31,626 bases of DNA, from the IMG/VR virus record IMGVR_UViG_3300027877_000003; one strand, given 5' to 3'. The position numbers and the translations under genes were made by a program. A model generated the notes under the pieces. It was not told the origin of the DNA. It ran no database searches and was given only the letters and a program-made list of their open reading frames with translations. The DNA is from an uncultured virus (IMG/VR IMGVR_UViG_3300027877_000003). Taxonomy: Duplodnaviria; Heunggongvirae; Uroviricota; Caudoviricetes. Shown in pieces: positions 1 through 9,729 of this stretch; within the stretch, counting starts at the first letter, position 1; every line of letters begins with the position of its first letter.

Positions 1-85
1 TTTCATCCTGAATTTATGGGAAGACAAAGTAAAGAATTTTTTTCCTATTTAAAGAATTGGAAGGATAAAGGAAAGGAAAACTAAA

Positions 86-391
86 ATGTTTACAGTAGAT
101 GGTTATAGAGTAAAATTTGAATATGCTAATATGATTTTACCTTTTGTACATCATAAAGATTTTATTAGAAAACCAGCCGATATTACTTTTTGTATAATTA
201 TTTCTCCAGATAATACAGTACAAGCTTGCTGTCCGGTTGTTAGATATTATAAGGATCAAAATAATAGAAATAATGCAAGGAAATATTCTTTAACTCATGC
301 ATTAGATATGTTATTTCCAGGAAAAGAAAATAAACAAATTCGAGCTAAATTTTGGAACGCTTATTTTGAAAAACTTGGAAAGGTAAAATAA
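86..391 (+). CDS. hypothetical phage protein
   Basis: 101-aa ORF with upstream AAGGA RBS; no recognisable motif. Confidence 0.7.
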   Translation: MFTVDGYRVKFEYANMILPFVHHKDFIRKPADITFCIIISPDNTVQACCPVVRYYKDQNNRNNARKYSLTHALDMLFPGKENKQIRAKFWNAYFEKLGKVK

Positions 392-395
392 TAAA

Positions 396-854
396 ATGAC
401 TACAGGAATACAACAATTAGTTTTAGATTATATTCAAGAGGAAGATTGTTCACCATTAATATTTAGAAATAAATATACAAATCCAGACTATGAAGTAGAC
501 AAAATTAAAGAAATGCCTTTAGATGATTTAGTATATGAAGTGGTAAAATTATCCAATACTTATAATTCTTATAACGCTATTTCTACTTATTTAGAAACTT
601 ATAGAAACAGATGGCGATCTAGTTTAGATATTTGGAGACATTGTTTATACTTTAATAATGCAATTACTATTTTTCAAGTTATGGATTCTTTAGCTAGAAA
701 TAGATCTTTATATAATGGACATTTTTGTGGAGATATAGAAAGAAGAGTTTTTCGAGCAAAAATTTATACAAGAGAAAGTACATTATATGATCATGATACC
801 GATGAATATGGTTTACATTTATATGAATGGGAAGGAATACAAAATGGAAATTAA
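396..854 (+). CDS. hypothetical phage protein
   Basis: 152-aa ORF tightly packed with neighbours. Confidence 0.7.
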   Translation: MTTGIQQLVLDYIQEEDCSPLIFRNKYTNPDYEVDKIKEMPLDDLVYEVVKLSNTYNSYNAISTYLETYRNRWRSSLDIWRHCLYFNNAITIFQVMDSLARNRSLYNGHFCGDIERRVFRAKIYTRESTLYDHDTDEYGLHLYEWEGIQNGN

Positions 855-1188
855 AACTATTTCTACAATTGATTATGATGAATTAGATAAAATGGTTAAT
901 GAATTATTCCCGAAAAGTAATTTTGAATTTGTTGCAGATAATGAGGCTAATAATTATTCGGCATATCCTTTTAATGATGTAAAAAAAGAAGATTTCTTAA
1001 GGAACATGTTTCCTAAAGCAGAATTTGATGATCTTGATTATAGAGTAACTAAAAATAACTTTACTGAATTTCTGCAAAGAATTTCTGGAGAAAAGAATTT
1101 TCTATATCATGTATACGATATGATTCAATATTTAGTTTTCATTGGTAAACTTCCAGAAGGAAATATTTTAGTTGAGGTTTCTTGGTAA
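844..1188 (+). CDS. hypothetical phage protein
   Basis: ORF 787-1188; more likely start ATG 844 (MEIKTIST) after AAGGA. Confidence 0.65.
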   Translation: MEIKTISTIDYDELDKMVNELFPKSNFEFVADNEANNYSAYPFNDVKKEDFLRNMFPKAEFDDLDYRVTKNNFTEFLQRISGEKNFLYHVYDMIQYLVFIGKLPEGNILVEVSW

Positions 1189-1269
1189 TATAGAATACTA
1201 AAACTATATAAGTAGTCCAATTATTAAACAGGATTCTATTTTTAAAACTAAATTGAGTTGAGGAATAAA

Positions 1270-1683
1270 ATGGCAAGCATAGATAAAATTTATGGTACAA
1301 AAGAACAACACGATTTATTTTATAAATGGTGTGAAGAAAATTATCCTAAAGCTTTAAAATATTTCTATGATTGGGATTTAGAATGGAATAATAATTTAGA
1401 ACATCCAATAACAAATTTTCCTACAAAAATAGATATTTGGATGTATAAAAATTGTCCTTTGGAATTTGTTGTAGAAACTATTAAAGAACAATATGGAGGC
1501 AGTCCAAAAGAAAATTTAAATTATAACTTTATTTTTCCTTGGTATTCATCAGCAAGAGAACCAAATCTGTATTTTTGGTTTGAAATAAATATCTTAGGGT
1601 ATACTTTATTAGGATTAAATTTTGGATATAGATATTTTTGTTTCTCATTACTTGGATTTTATATTTCATTATGGAAGGATTGA
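1270..1683 (+). CDS. hypothetical protein with hydrophobic/aromatic C-terminus
   Basis: GAGGA RBS then ATG 1270 (MASIDKIYG). Confidence 0.65.
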   Translation: MASIDKIYGTKEQHDLFYKWCEENYPKALKYFYDWDLEWNNNLEHPITNFPTKIDIWMYKNCPLEFVVETIKEQYGGSPKENLNYNFIFPWYSSAREPNLYFWFEINILGYTLLGLNFGYRYFCFSLLGFYISLWKD

Positions 1684-1686
1684 AAA

Positions 1687-1845
1687 ATGATTCTAAAATG
1701 TACTTGCAAAAGTAATTATCAAGATAATTTATATGGAAAAGGATATAGAGTATTTACTTCTACAAAAGATGGTTATCGTTGTAGTATTTGTAAAAGAGAA
1801 ATTAAAGCTGGTTCAATAAAAGAAGAAAAGAAAGAAGGAAAATAA
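1687..1845 (+). CDS. small Cys-rich putative Zn-binding protein (52 aa)
   Basis: Translated by hand, not in ORF track: MILKCTCKSNYQDNLYGKGYRVFTSTKDGYRCSICKRE...; CxC and CxxC; GGAAGGA upstream. Confidence 0.65.
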   Translation: MILKCTCKSNYQDNLYGKGYRVFTSTKDGYRCSICKREIKAGSIKEEKKEGK

Positions 1846-1929
1846 AATGATTACCGATCCAGATCCAAAAGATTCAGATTTAACTGATGAAGAAATAAAA
1901 ATATTATTAATTGAAGGCGGAGATGATAT

Positions 1930-2277
1930 GTGATGTATAAATTACTGACAATTAAAGATATTACAGAAATAGAGTTTGATAAAGAACCTGATGAAGTATT
2001 TATTACATTTAAACAAGGCGGAGAATGGGATGACTTTGTTGTTTTTACTAATATTTATACTTCTCTTATTAAATTATTAACACAAGCTAGATTTGTTGTT
2101 AAAATTCCTGACGGAAAAGAATTAAATATTTATTTAGATACTTCACAAATAAAGGAAGATATTTATTATTTAGCCTTTCCAGATCAATATTTAAGTTATA
2201 GCAAAGAAATTATAGAATATTTTCCTACTGTAGTTCAAATAAGAAAAATAAAAATGAATGGGAAATTTCAACTATGA
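1930..2277 (+). CDS. hypothetical phage protein
   Basis: 115-aa ORF, GGAG RBS, overlaps the ligase start. Confidence 0.65.
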   Translation: MMYKLLTIKDITEIEFDKEPDEVFITFKQGGEWDDFVVFTNIYTSLIKLLTQARFVVKIPDGKELNIYLDTSQIKEDIYYLAFPDQYLSYSKEIIEYFPTVVQIRKIKMNGKFQL

Positions 2278-3164
2278 TTAAATATATGCACATAGAAAGA
2301 TTAAATACAGACGATGTTGAAGGAATTTTAAATGGTACTATTTATATTCAACCTAAAATAGATGGTACTAATGGACAAGTTTATTTTGAAAATCCAACTA
2401 TTCAATGTGCAAGTAGAAAACTTTTATTAGATGCTAATAATACAAATCAAGGATTTTATAATTATGTTGTAGAAAATTCTGGAATGTTTATGGCTTATTT
2501 TCTAAAACATCCTTACCATATTTTATATGGAGAATGGTTAGTACCACATACTTTAAAAACTTATAGAAAAGATGCTTGGAGAAAATTTTATATATTTGAT
2601 GTATTTGATTCTTATTCCGGAATGTATTTAAATTATGATAAATATTATTTAGAATTACAAGAATTTAATCTTCCTTTTGTTCCTGTAATTGGTAAACTTT
2701 ATAATGCTAAAGAAGAAGATTTAGTTAAATATCTAGAAAATAATAAATTCTTAATAGAAGATGGTAAAGGATCTGGAGAAGGAATTGTAATAAAAAATTA
2801 TGAATTTGTTAATAAATATGGTAGAGTTACTTGGGCTAAATTAGTTAGGAATGAATTTAAAGAGGATCATATTAAAACAATGGGATATCCAGAAGAACAA
2901 TTAAAACCTATTGAATTATCTATTGCAGAAACGTTTGTAACAGAAGGTAGATTAAATAAAATCAAAGCTAAAATATTAACTGAAAAAGAAACTGGTTGGA
3001 ATAGTAAATATATTCCAGAATATTTAGGAAGAATTTGGAATGAAATAGTTACAGAAGAAATGTGGAATATTTTAAAAGAATTTAAAAATCCTATAATTAA
3101 CTTCAAGAATTTAAATAGATTTATTATTCATGTAACTAAAGAAATAGATAAAGAGGTTTTCTAA
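2274..3164 (+). CDS. RNA ligase (Rnl2-like nucleotidyltransferase)
   Basis: Motif I KIDGTN, SR, YGEW, FYIFDV, VPV, GEGIVIK, AK; helical C-terminal domain (FVTEGRL). Confidence 0.85.
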   Translation: MIKYMHIERLNTDDVEGILNGTIYIQPKIDGTNGQVYFENPTIQCASRKLLLDANNTNQGFYNYVVENSGMFMAYFLKHPYHILYGEWLVPHTLKTYRKDAWRKFYIFDVFDSYSGMYLNYDKYYLELQEFNLPFVPVIGKLYNAKEEDLVKYLENNKFLIEDGKGSGEGIVIKNYEFVNKYGRVTWAKLVRNEFKEDHIKTMGYPEEQLKPIELSIAETFVTEGRLNKIKAKILTEKETGWNSKYIPEYLGRIWNEIVTEEMWNILKEFKNPIINFKNLNRFIIHVTKEIDKEVF

Positions 3165-3297
3165 TGAAAAGAATGTTTTTAAGTTGGATTTGTTCTTGGG
3201 TATATCTATTTTTAGATATAGGCGATATACTTACATTCACTTATTTTAATTTAATGAGATATGGAATTATGTTTTCTATTTGGATGTCAACAAAACT

Positions 3298-3540
3298 ATG
3301 AAAAATAAAAAAGTAGATCTAATTACTAAAGAAGAATTACTTACATTAGAAGATATGGCATCTACAATTGGAAATTATTCTACGCTATGTGCTCAATTAA
3401 CTTTATCCGATAGATTAACTAAACAAACTAAAAAAGAATTATGGAAAACTTGTTTAGAATTAACTAGAATTTCTACTAGATTTTCTTGTATGGTTATATT
3501 CAGTGATTTAATAGAGGATAAAATAAAATGCCAAAAATAA
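3298..3540 (+). CDS. hypothetical protein
   Basis: ORF track 3280-3540; likely start MKNKK. Confidence 0.55.
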   Translation: MKNKKVDLITKEELLTLEDMASTIGNYSTLCAQLTLSDRLTKQTKKELWKTCLELTRISTRFSCMVIFSDLIEDKIKCQK

Positions 3541-3693
3541 TAGATACTTCATTACGAGGAAAAATAGTTAATAGATTAGAACAATTAGAAATTGGTGAAG
3601 ATGATTTGGATGGTTATATTAGAATATATTTTGAAGATGGTTCTTATGTAGAAATATCTTCTGCTTGTTCTTATCATGAGTTAAGCTATATAA

Positions 3694-3942
3694 TTGAGGA
3701 TAAATAAAATGAGAATTCTTACAAACAAAATCACTTATTTTGATGATAATGGTATTGAAGTTAGTATAGTAGAACAAGATGAAATGTTTAAAGAATTATC
3801 TATTTTTGATTATACAATATCAAAAGGAGAATATTATAAAATTATACTTAATAATCCAGAAAAAGTAAGATCATTAATTAAAACTTTAGATTCTGCTGTT
3901 CAATATCTAAAAGAAAATTATAGTACAATGATGGAGAAATAA
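3694..3942 (+). CDS. hypothetical protein
   Basis: 82-aa ORF; true start probably the internal MRILT after GAGGA. Confidence 0.55.
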   Translation: MRINKMRILTNKITYFDDNGIEVSIVEQDEMFKELSIFDYTISKGEYYKIILNNPEKVRSLIKTLDSAVQYLKENYSTMMEK

Positions 3943-4143
3943 AAATGGAAACAAAAATGAAAATAAATTTGATAGCTTATATGGTTTATATTGCATTAAT
4001 CATGATTAATATTCCATTTATTCATAATGATTTTGATATAAATCTTTTTTCAGTAGGATTTGTATCAGGAATATTAGTAGTGTCTATTATAAAAAATCTT
4101 ATGGATTATTATATTTAGTAATAAATTTAAGTGGAGAAATAAA

Positions 4144-4341
4144 ATGACCCCGTTAGAAATTCTTTTAGAATTCATTAAAAATTTAGATATGAAAGAATAT
4201 ATTGTAGAAAATGGGTATGCAAATTTAACAAAAACAATTAGAATTAGGATTAATAATCGGTTTTTAGAATTTGGATTTGATTCCAATACTGGTATTTTAT
4301 TATGGAAAGACAGTGAATGTTTTTATTGTCAAGATTATTAA
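4144..4341 (+). CDS. hypothetical protein
   Basis: 65 aa, GGAG RBS, last gene before the terminator. Confidence 0.6.
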   Translation: MTPLEILLEFIKNLDMKEYIVENGYANLTKTIRIRINNRFLEFGFDSNTGILLWKDSECFYCQDY

Positions 4342-4362
4342 AATAATTTCTTAAATAAGAAT

Positions 4363-4394
4363 AAAAATACCCCTCAATCGAGGGGTATTTTTTT
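4363..4394. terminator. bidirectional rho-independent terminator
   Basis: AAAAATACCCCTC-AATC-GAGGGGTATTTTTTT; perfect stem with A/T tracts on both sides, between convergent gene blocks. Confidence 0.9.
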
Positions 4395-4432
4395 GCCTTG
4401 TGATTCGTAATTTATTAAATAACTCCAGGTAA

Positions 4433-6313
4433 TTAGTCTTTGATTCCTACATTTAATATCTGAAAACTTTTACTATTGTTCCTATAAATGGTAGAACTTT
4501 TTAATCCGCTTTCATACATTAACATATAAGCATTATATATATCTTCGGGAGTTGAATTCTCTTTCATATTTATTGTTTTACTAATAGAATTATCAATAAA
4601 TTTCTGCCACGCCGCTTGCATAAAAATATGCCTTTCCCAAGAAATATCAAAAGAAGTTAAGAAAGCAGATCCAATCGACTCCAAATTTTTAGGAATCCCT
4701 TTTAGTGTACCATGAATTTGAATATAATTTTTAATTTCTTCTCTGTCAGATTCTGAAAATCCATACTTGATTAATTTCTTTTCTAGAATGGGATTTATTT
4801 CTATAATTGAATCCTTAGCTACATTACCTATTCCTTCTGTAATATTTCTTTTATAAGCCAAAGCAAAAAATGGTTCGATAGAACTATTTACTCCTGCTAA
4901 TAAAGCAATAGTTCCTGTGGGTGCTAAAGAAGTAATGGCAACATTTCTTAATCCATTTTCTCTAATCTCTTCCATATTAAATTTATTCTTTTGAAATCTA
5001 GAGTGTAGGGATTTTTCTACTACATCTAAATTTACTTTCTTTTTATTGTATAGGTAGAAAGAACCCTTTTCTTTTGCTAGTTCAATTGATTCTAGCCAAG
5101 AAAAGAAAGAAATAAACCAGCTTAAATATTCTGCTAAATCTAAAGCATCATCAGAATCATATGGTATTTCTAATTCTGCTAATAAATCCGCCCATCCCAT
5201 TACCCCTAATCCTAATCTTCTTAATCCTTTTGATTGTACATTTATATATTTAATGGGGGATTCAGAAACAGATTGTACATCATCTAAAAATCTAACTGCT
5301 AATCTAACTACGTATTCTAAATATTCTAAATCAATTGAATTAGTTTCCTCAATATAAAATGAATGTAAATTAATTGATCCTAAACAACATCCCTCTCCAG
5401 GAAATAAAAATAATTCTGAACAGGGATTACTAGAATTTAATTCCCCTATATAATGTACCATATTATCTTCGTTTATTCTATCAAAGAAAGCTATTCCAGG
5501 ATCTCCACTTTCCCACGCCATTTTAGCCATTTTCATTAATAGTTCTTTTGCTTTTATAGTTTTTACAACTGATTTTCTATCGCTTCTAGAAATTAAATTC
5601 CAATCTAAATCTTCTTTACAAGCCTCCATAAAATCACTATTAACTAATACAGAAATATTAAAATGAGTTAATTGATCGTCTTGTAAAGTCTTTTCTAGCA
5701 CCTTAAAATATTTGCGTCCTTCTATATTCATTCCATTAACATGTAAATTGCGAATATAGTCCTCCAAAATTCTAGCATTACGATCTATTAGTTTAGATTT
5801 AAAGGTAATAAAGTTTTCTATATCTGGATGATCAATATTTAGAAAAGCTATTTGTGCTCCTCTTCTACTTGCTTGAGATATTACTTCTCCTGTTTGATCA
5901 AATAAACTCATAAAAGAAAGTGGGCCAGATGCTTTTCCAGAAGTAGTTTTTATTGGTGCATTTTTTTCTCTTACTTTACTAAAATTATATCCTATTCCAT
6001 ATCCATGAGCAAATAATTCAGCGGCTTCTTTTAAAGTATTATATATACCATCTCTAGAATCTTCCACACCTAATACAATACAATTCATTAGATTACTTAT
6101 ACCTGAATTAGAATTAGCTAGTATTCTACCTCCGGGTATAAAATTTTGATTGTAAATAACATTGAAAAATTTCTGGAAATATTCTTCTTTCTTTTCTCCT
6201 TCTGCATTAGCTATATAATTAGCCACTCTATAACAAGTTTCTTCCCAAGTTTCTTTTCCTTCCTTTGAATATTTTAGTTTATGTATTTTTGTTGCGGTGT
6301 CATTTAACTTCAT
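4433..6313 (-). CDS. nrdJ: class II (adenosylcobalamin-dependent) ribonucleotide reductase, catalytic chain without C-terminal Cys tail
   Basis: FIPGGR, LMNC, RRGAQ, FNISV, GDPG, NPCSE, CCLGSINL, RRLGLGVMG, APTGT, ISKTIN, IYRNNSK; no ATP-cone; no nrdB in window. Confidence 0.9.
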   Translation of the reverse strand: MKLNDTATKIHKLKYSKEGKETWEETCYRVANYIANAEGEKKEEYFQKFFNVIYNQNFIPGGRILANSNSGISNLMNCIVLGVEDSRDGIYNTLKEAAELFAHGYGIGYNFSKVREKNAPIKTTSGKASGPLSFMSLFDQTGEVISQASRRGAQIAFLNIDHPDIENFITFKSKLIDRNARILEDYIRNLHVNGMNIEGRKYFKVLEKTLQDDQLTHFNISVLVNSDFMEACKEDLDWNLISRSDRKSVVKTIKAKELLMKMAKMAWESGDPGIAFFDRINEDNMVHYIGELNSSNPCSELFLFPGEGCCLGSINLHSFYIEETNSIDLEYLEYVVRLAVRFLDDVQSVSESPIKYINVQSKGLRRLGLGVMGWADLLAELEIPYDSDDALDLAEYLSWFISFFSWLESIELAKEKGSFYLYNKKKVNLDVVEKSLHSRFQKNKFNMEEIRENGLRNVAITSLAPTGTIALLAGVNSSIEPFFALAYKRNITEGIGNVAKDSIIEINPILEKKLIKYGFSESDREEIKNYIQIHGTLKGIPKNLESIGSAFLTSFDISWERHIFMQAAWQKFIDNSISKTINMKENSTPEDIYNAYMLMYESGLKSSTIYRNNSKSFQILNVGIKD

Positions 6314-6878
6314 TATCTTCTATCCTCTTTAATTCTTTTTCATATTCTCTTTGTCTCTTACTTTGTTCTCTTATACCGCAATAAAACCATCTATTATTTG
6401 TTACAATAGATAAAACGTGTGGTTCAAGAACTTCTTTATTATAAGTTTCATAGCTTGGATAAGTTACAATCAAAGTCATAAATAATTTATTGAATAAACT
6501 ATGAACAATCCTATCTACTATATCTCTTAGAACTGCATAATCAATTGTTTTATTTGTTATTAATGCATCTTTATATATAGTCATTACTAATTCAGCATTC
6601 TCATGAAAAATTCTTGTAAAATATTTTTTATATTCATTTACTATTGCATGATCATCTACCCACTCTTTCCAGCTATATTCTATTCTATATTCTTTTAATG
6701 TTTTCTCTACTACTTTAAAATATTTATCAGAGCATCTAATTATATCTCCTTCTTCATCTTCAAAAAAGAAATGCCAGTCTGGATCTTTATATAAAACTTT
6801 GGCGTATAAAGTAAGTAAGGTAGTAAATCTAATTCCAAAAGGTATACCTTCTGGATATGTTAAATAAAATGTAATCAT
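6300..6878 (-). CDS. hypothetical protein
   Basis: 192-aa ORF overlapping the nrdJ start. Confidence 0.7.
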   Translation of the reverse strand: MITFYLTYPEGIPFGIRFTTLLTLYAKVLYKDPDWHFFFEDEEGDIIRCSDKYFKVVEKTLKEYRIEYSWKEWVDDHAIVNEYKKYFTRIFHENAELVMTIYKDALITNKTIDYAVLRDIVDRIVHSLFNKLFMTLIVTYPSYETYNKEVLEPHVLSIVTNNRWFYCGIREQSKRQREYEKELKRIEDNEVK

Positions 6879-6881
6879 TAT

Positions 6882-6998
6882 TTACTTCTTTCTTAAAGGT
6901 TTACTTAAAATTCCCAAGAACTGTAAAAGTTTTATTACTGCTACTACTAATCCAACTAATGCTCCAATAACTCCTAATATAAGTAATATTAATTGCAT
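6882..6998 (-). CDS. small single-TM membrane peptide (38 aa)
   Basis: Hand translation MQLILLILGVIGALVGLVVAVIKLLQFLGILSKPLRKK; AAGGAG RBS upstream. Confidence 0.6.
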   Translation of the reverse strand: MQLILLILGVIGALVGLVVAVIKLLQFLGILSKPLRKK

Positions 6999-7960
6999 GA
7001 TAATTTACTCCTTTCTTTTAATATTCTTTCAATAGCTTCTTTACAATACTCTTCTTTTCTTTCAATGCCGATCCACTTCCTAGAAAATTTCTCGGCTACG
7101 ATAGCAGTTGTGCCTGATCCTATAAATGGGTCTAATACGACTCCAAAAATTTCGGGGCTACACGCTTTGATAGGAGTTTCTAGAAGATCTACAGGAAATA
7201 CAGCAGTATGATTTGTAGTACCTCTCTCCTTGCCTATAGGAATACTCCACACGCTTCTTTTATTCCTGCCTCTCTTTAATAATTTTTCTACATTTTTTCT
7301 ATTGCCTCCAACTCTAGGGGCATTGGCTTTATAAGGATCTTTTAGATTAGAATCTATTCTTAGAATATTTCTCCTTTGATCTTTTAGACTCTGTGTGGAT
7401 GGTTCAAACTGTTGCACAAAATAATATTTCTTAGTATGTAAAACAAAATGATATATGAATTCATAATCTACTGTAAACTTCTTTTCATTGCTGGTAGGAA
7501 ATGCATTGGTCTTATGCCAAATAAGAGTATGCTTTAATAACCATCCATCCTTTCCCATAGCTACTGAAAATAAACTGGGTATATTACATAGAGTTCCTTC
7601 TGGAAGTAAAGGGACAACTTTAGTTGCTGAAAAAAAAGAACCGGAATTTGTAGTTTGTTTTGTAGTTTTTCCTCCACTACCGGGAGTTCTAGTAAAATAT
7701 TTATCTCCTATATTTACAAATAGATTTCCGGAATCTTTCATCTTTGGTTTTAGATAATGAAAGATTCTAACTAGATTCTGTACATAAAATCTAAAATCTT
7801 CCTCCTGTCCAAGTTCATCATCTGCTACATATTTTCTAGCCATCCAATAAGGAGGAGAAGTAAATACCATATCTACAGAATTATCTTCTAAAGTAGGAAG
7901 AACTTCTTCTGCCTTTCCTAAATACAAAGTACCATAATCATCCTGATAGTAAGGATTCAT
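6989..7960 (-). CDS. DNA methyltransferase, beta class (N4-C/N6-A; SPPY suggests m4C)
   Basis: Motif IV FTSPPY near the N-terminus, HTAVFP, motif I VLDPFIGSGTT, WIGIE. Confidence 0.9.
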   Translation of the reverse strand: MNPYYQDDYGTLYLGKAEEVLPTLEDNSVDMVFTSPPYWMARKYVADDELGQEEDFRFYVQNLVRIFHYLKPKMKDSGNLFVNIGDKYFTRTPGSGGKTTKQTTNSGSFFSATKVVPLLPEGTLCNIPSLFSVAMGKDGWLLKHTLIWHKTNAFPTSNEKKFTVDYEFIYHFVLHTKKYYFVQQFEPSTQSLKDQRRNILRIDSNLKDPYKANAPRVGGNRKNVEKLLKRGRNKRSVWSIPIGKERGTTNHTAVFPVDLLETPIKACSPEIFGVVLDPFIGSGTTAIVAEKFSRKWIGIERKEEYCKEAIERILKERSKLSCN

Positions 7961-8093
7961 CTTCTTTTTTCCATAACCTTTCTAATTCATAAATTACTTT
8001 TCTAAGATCTCTAGCACAAAGAGGACTTTCGTCTTTGGTTTCCATATAATTAATAACTACTTTTAACATCCTGATCATTTCTTCTCTATCCAT
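7938..8093 (-). CDS. hypothetical protein (51 aa)
   Basis: Hand translation MDREEMIRMLKVVINYMETKDESPLCARDLRKVIYELERLWKKEDESLLSG; fills the gap between genes. Confidence 0.5.
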   Translation of the reverse strand: MDREEMIRMLKVVINYMETKDESPLCARDLRKVIYELERLWKKEDESLLSG

Positions 8094-8106
8094 TTTCAAT
8101 TTCCTT

Positions 8107-8307
8107 CTAATCTCCTAAATGATAATTGTAGGCATAAGTAATAATTTTTTCTACAACAGAAATTATTTCGTAATCTAACAAAGGAAACGATTCTTTTACT
8201 TTACGTCTAATCCCATCTAATAAATCTTCGCTATCTTTTAAATATAAATCAAAATAATAATCTATTTTTGGCTTTAATAATATTCTTACACAAACAGAAT
8301 AATACAT
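8107..8307 (-). CDS. hypothetical protein
   Basis: 66-aa ORF in operon orientation. Confidence 0.55.
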   Translation of the reverse strand: MYYSVCVRILLKPKIDYYFDLYLKDSEDLLDGIRRKVKESFPLLDYEIISVVEKIITYAYNYHLGD

Positions 8308-8309
8308 TT

Positions 8310-9014
8310 TTAATTTCCTTCCAATTCAAATTGAATTCTATCCTCAGCTAATTGAAAAATAACTGGGTCATTTTCGATACCAATACAGCTACGATTATTC
8401 CTGAGACACCAGATAGCAGTAGAACCACTACCGAGAAAAGGATCAAGAACAATATCCTCTTCGTCTGTAAAAGGTAAGAGCAAGCGTTCCATAAGCTTGA
8501 GTGGTTTCTGCCATTGTACATTATGTCCATCTAGTTTAATCCTTTCTTTTGAAGTAGTATGAAAGTTTCCTAAGTCATCAAATACATCACAAGGAATCTT
8601 TAATCCTGTCCCTTTCTTATCCAGAGAAGTACCAGCAGTTACTTTAGGAATCATTATTCTTTCTGGATAAAATTTATAATCATTTCCTTTTGCATAAATT
8701 AAAATATCGTCATGCTTTTTTGGGAAACATCTTCTAGAGATACCTCCCCATTCTTGTTTATAGATACACCAATTAATAAAATTATCTTCTCCTAAGATAA
8801 AATCTAACTCTAATTTATATTTATGAACGGTATGATAATCTGTTTGTACCATAAAAATTCCATTTGGCTTTAGTAACTGTAAAGATAATGCCATCCAGTA
8901 GAAATCATTACTTTCATAAATGCAATCTCCATAGATTAAATCTATTTTACCTTCCCAAGTGCCAATAAGATCCTCCGCTATTGACACATTATCTCCTTGA
9001 AATAATTTGATCAT
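8310..9014 (-). CDS. beta-class DNA methyltransferase-like protein with atypical catalytic motif
   Basis: Start MIKLFQGDN (ATGA overlap); IDLIYGDCIY in place of DPPY; WQKPLKLMERL; VLDPFLGSGST; CIGIE. Confidence 0.8.
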   Translation of the reverse strand: MIKLFQGDNVSIAEDLIGTWEGKIDLIYGDCIYESNDFYWMALSLQLLKPNGIFMVQTDYHTVHKYKLELDFILGEDNFINWCIYKQEWGGISRRCFPKKHDDILIYAKGNDYKFYPERIMIPKVTAGTSLDKKGTGLKIPCDVFDDLGNFHTTSKERIKLDGHNVQWQKPLKLMERLLLPFTDEEDIVLDPFLGSGSTAIWCLRNNRSCIGIENDPVIFQLAEDRIQFELEGN

Positions 9015-9250
9015 ATTGATTTTCCAATCATCCAAGCACAAAAGATTACTGCTATTCCTAAGACTATCCATAAAATTATTGGCTGATTGAAGATGGTTAT
9101 AGTAAGGGAGAGATAAAGTCCTACCGCAAGTGAAATAAATATAGCTAATCCAATTATAAATTTAATTAAACCAATCCAAAATCCGGCTTCTTTTGTTTCT
9201 ATTTCTTCTCCGATATAATCGTCCATTCTATGTTTCCTTTCTAATCCCAT
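9011..9250 (-). CDS. small two-TM membrane protein
   Basis: Two hydrophobic stretches after an acidic N-terminus. Confidence 0.6.
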   Translation of the reverse strand: MGLERKHRMDDYIGEEIETKEAGFWIGLIKFIIGLAIFISLAVGLYLSLTITIFNQPIILWIVLGIAVIFCAWMIGKSI

Positions 9251-9729
9251 CTATTAATTGTAGTATCATAAGTATTTTTATCTTTAAAAAGATTAAGTTG
9301 TTCAGGGCCATTCGCTAATTGAACTACTATGCCTCCAGTAGTTCCTCTGGCAGTTTTCATTCTAGGCTTGTCTGTAACAATTACTTTAGGAGATTCATTC
9401 TTAACGAAAATCATTTGACCTATAGGATCTCCTTTAGCAATAACTCTATCGTAGTCTAAGGGATTAAATATTTTAAATAATATTTCACCTTCATATGTAT
9501 AATCAACTACTCCTGCTCCAATTAAATGATCATTCTTAGATTTAGGTTTAAGAAGTCCTACAAATCCTTCTGGAAATTCTACAGATATTCCAGTCCTTGC
9601 AATCTTATAAGAGAAAGAATGAATAATATAGTCCTCTAGAGAATAGAAATCCATCCCTGCATCTCCTTCATGGTTTACTGTAGGAGTGTAAGCATTTGAG
9701 TGAGACAGTCTTACTTTAACTTCTAGCAT
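9241..9729 (-). CDS. dut: trimeric dUTPase
   Basis: GDAGMDF, AGVVDYTYEGEI, GDPIGQMI, TARG; motifs II and V divergent. Confidence 0.85.
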   Translation of the reverse strand: MLEVKVRLSHSNAYTPTVNHEGDAGMDFYSLEDYIIHSFSYKIARTGISVEFPEGFVGLLKPKSKNDHLIGAGVVDYTYEGEILFKIFNPLDYDRVIAKGDPIGQMIFVKNESPKVIVTDKPRMKTARGTTGGIVVQLANGPEQLNLFKDKNTYDTTINRWD

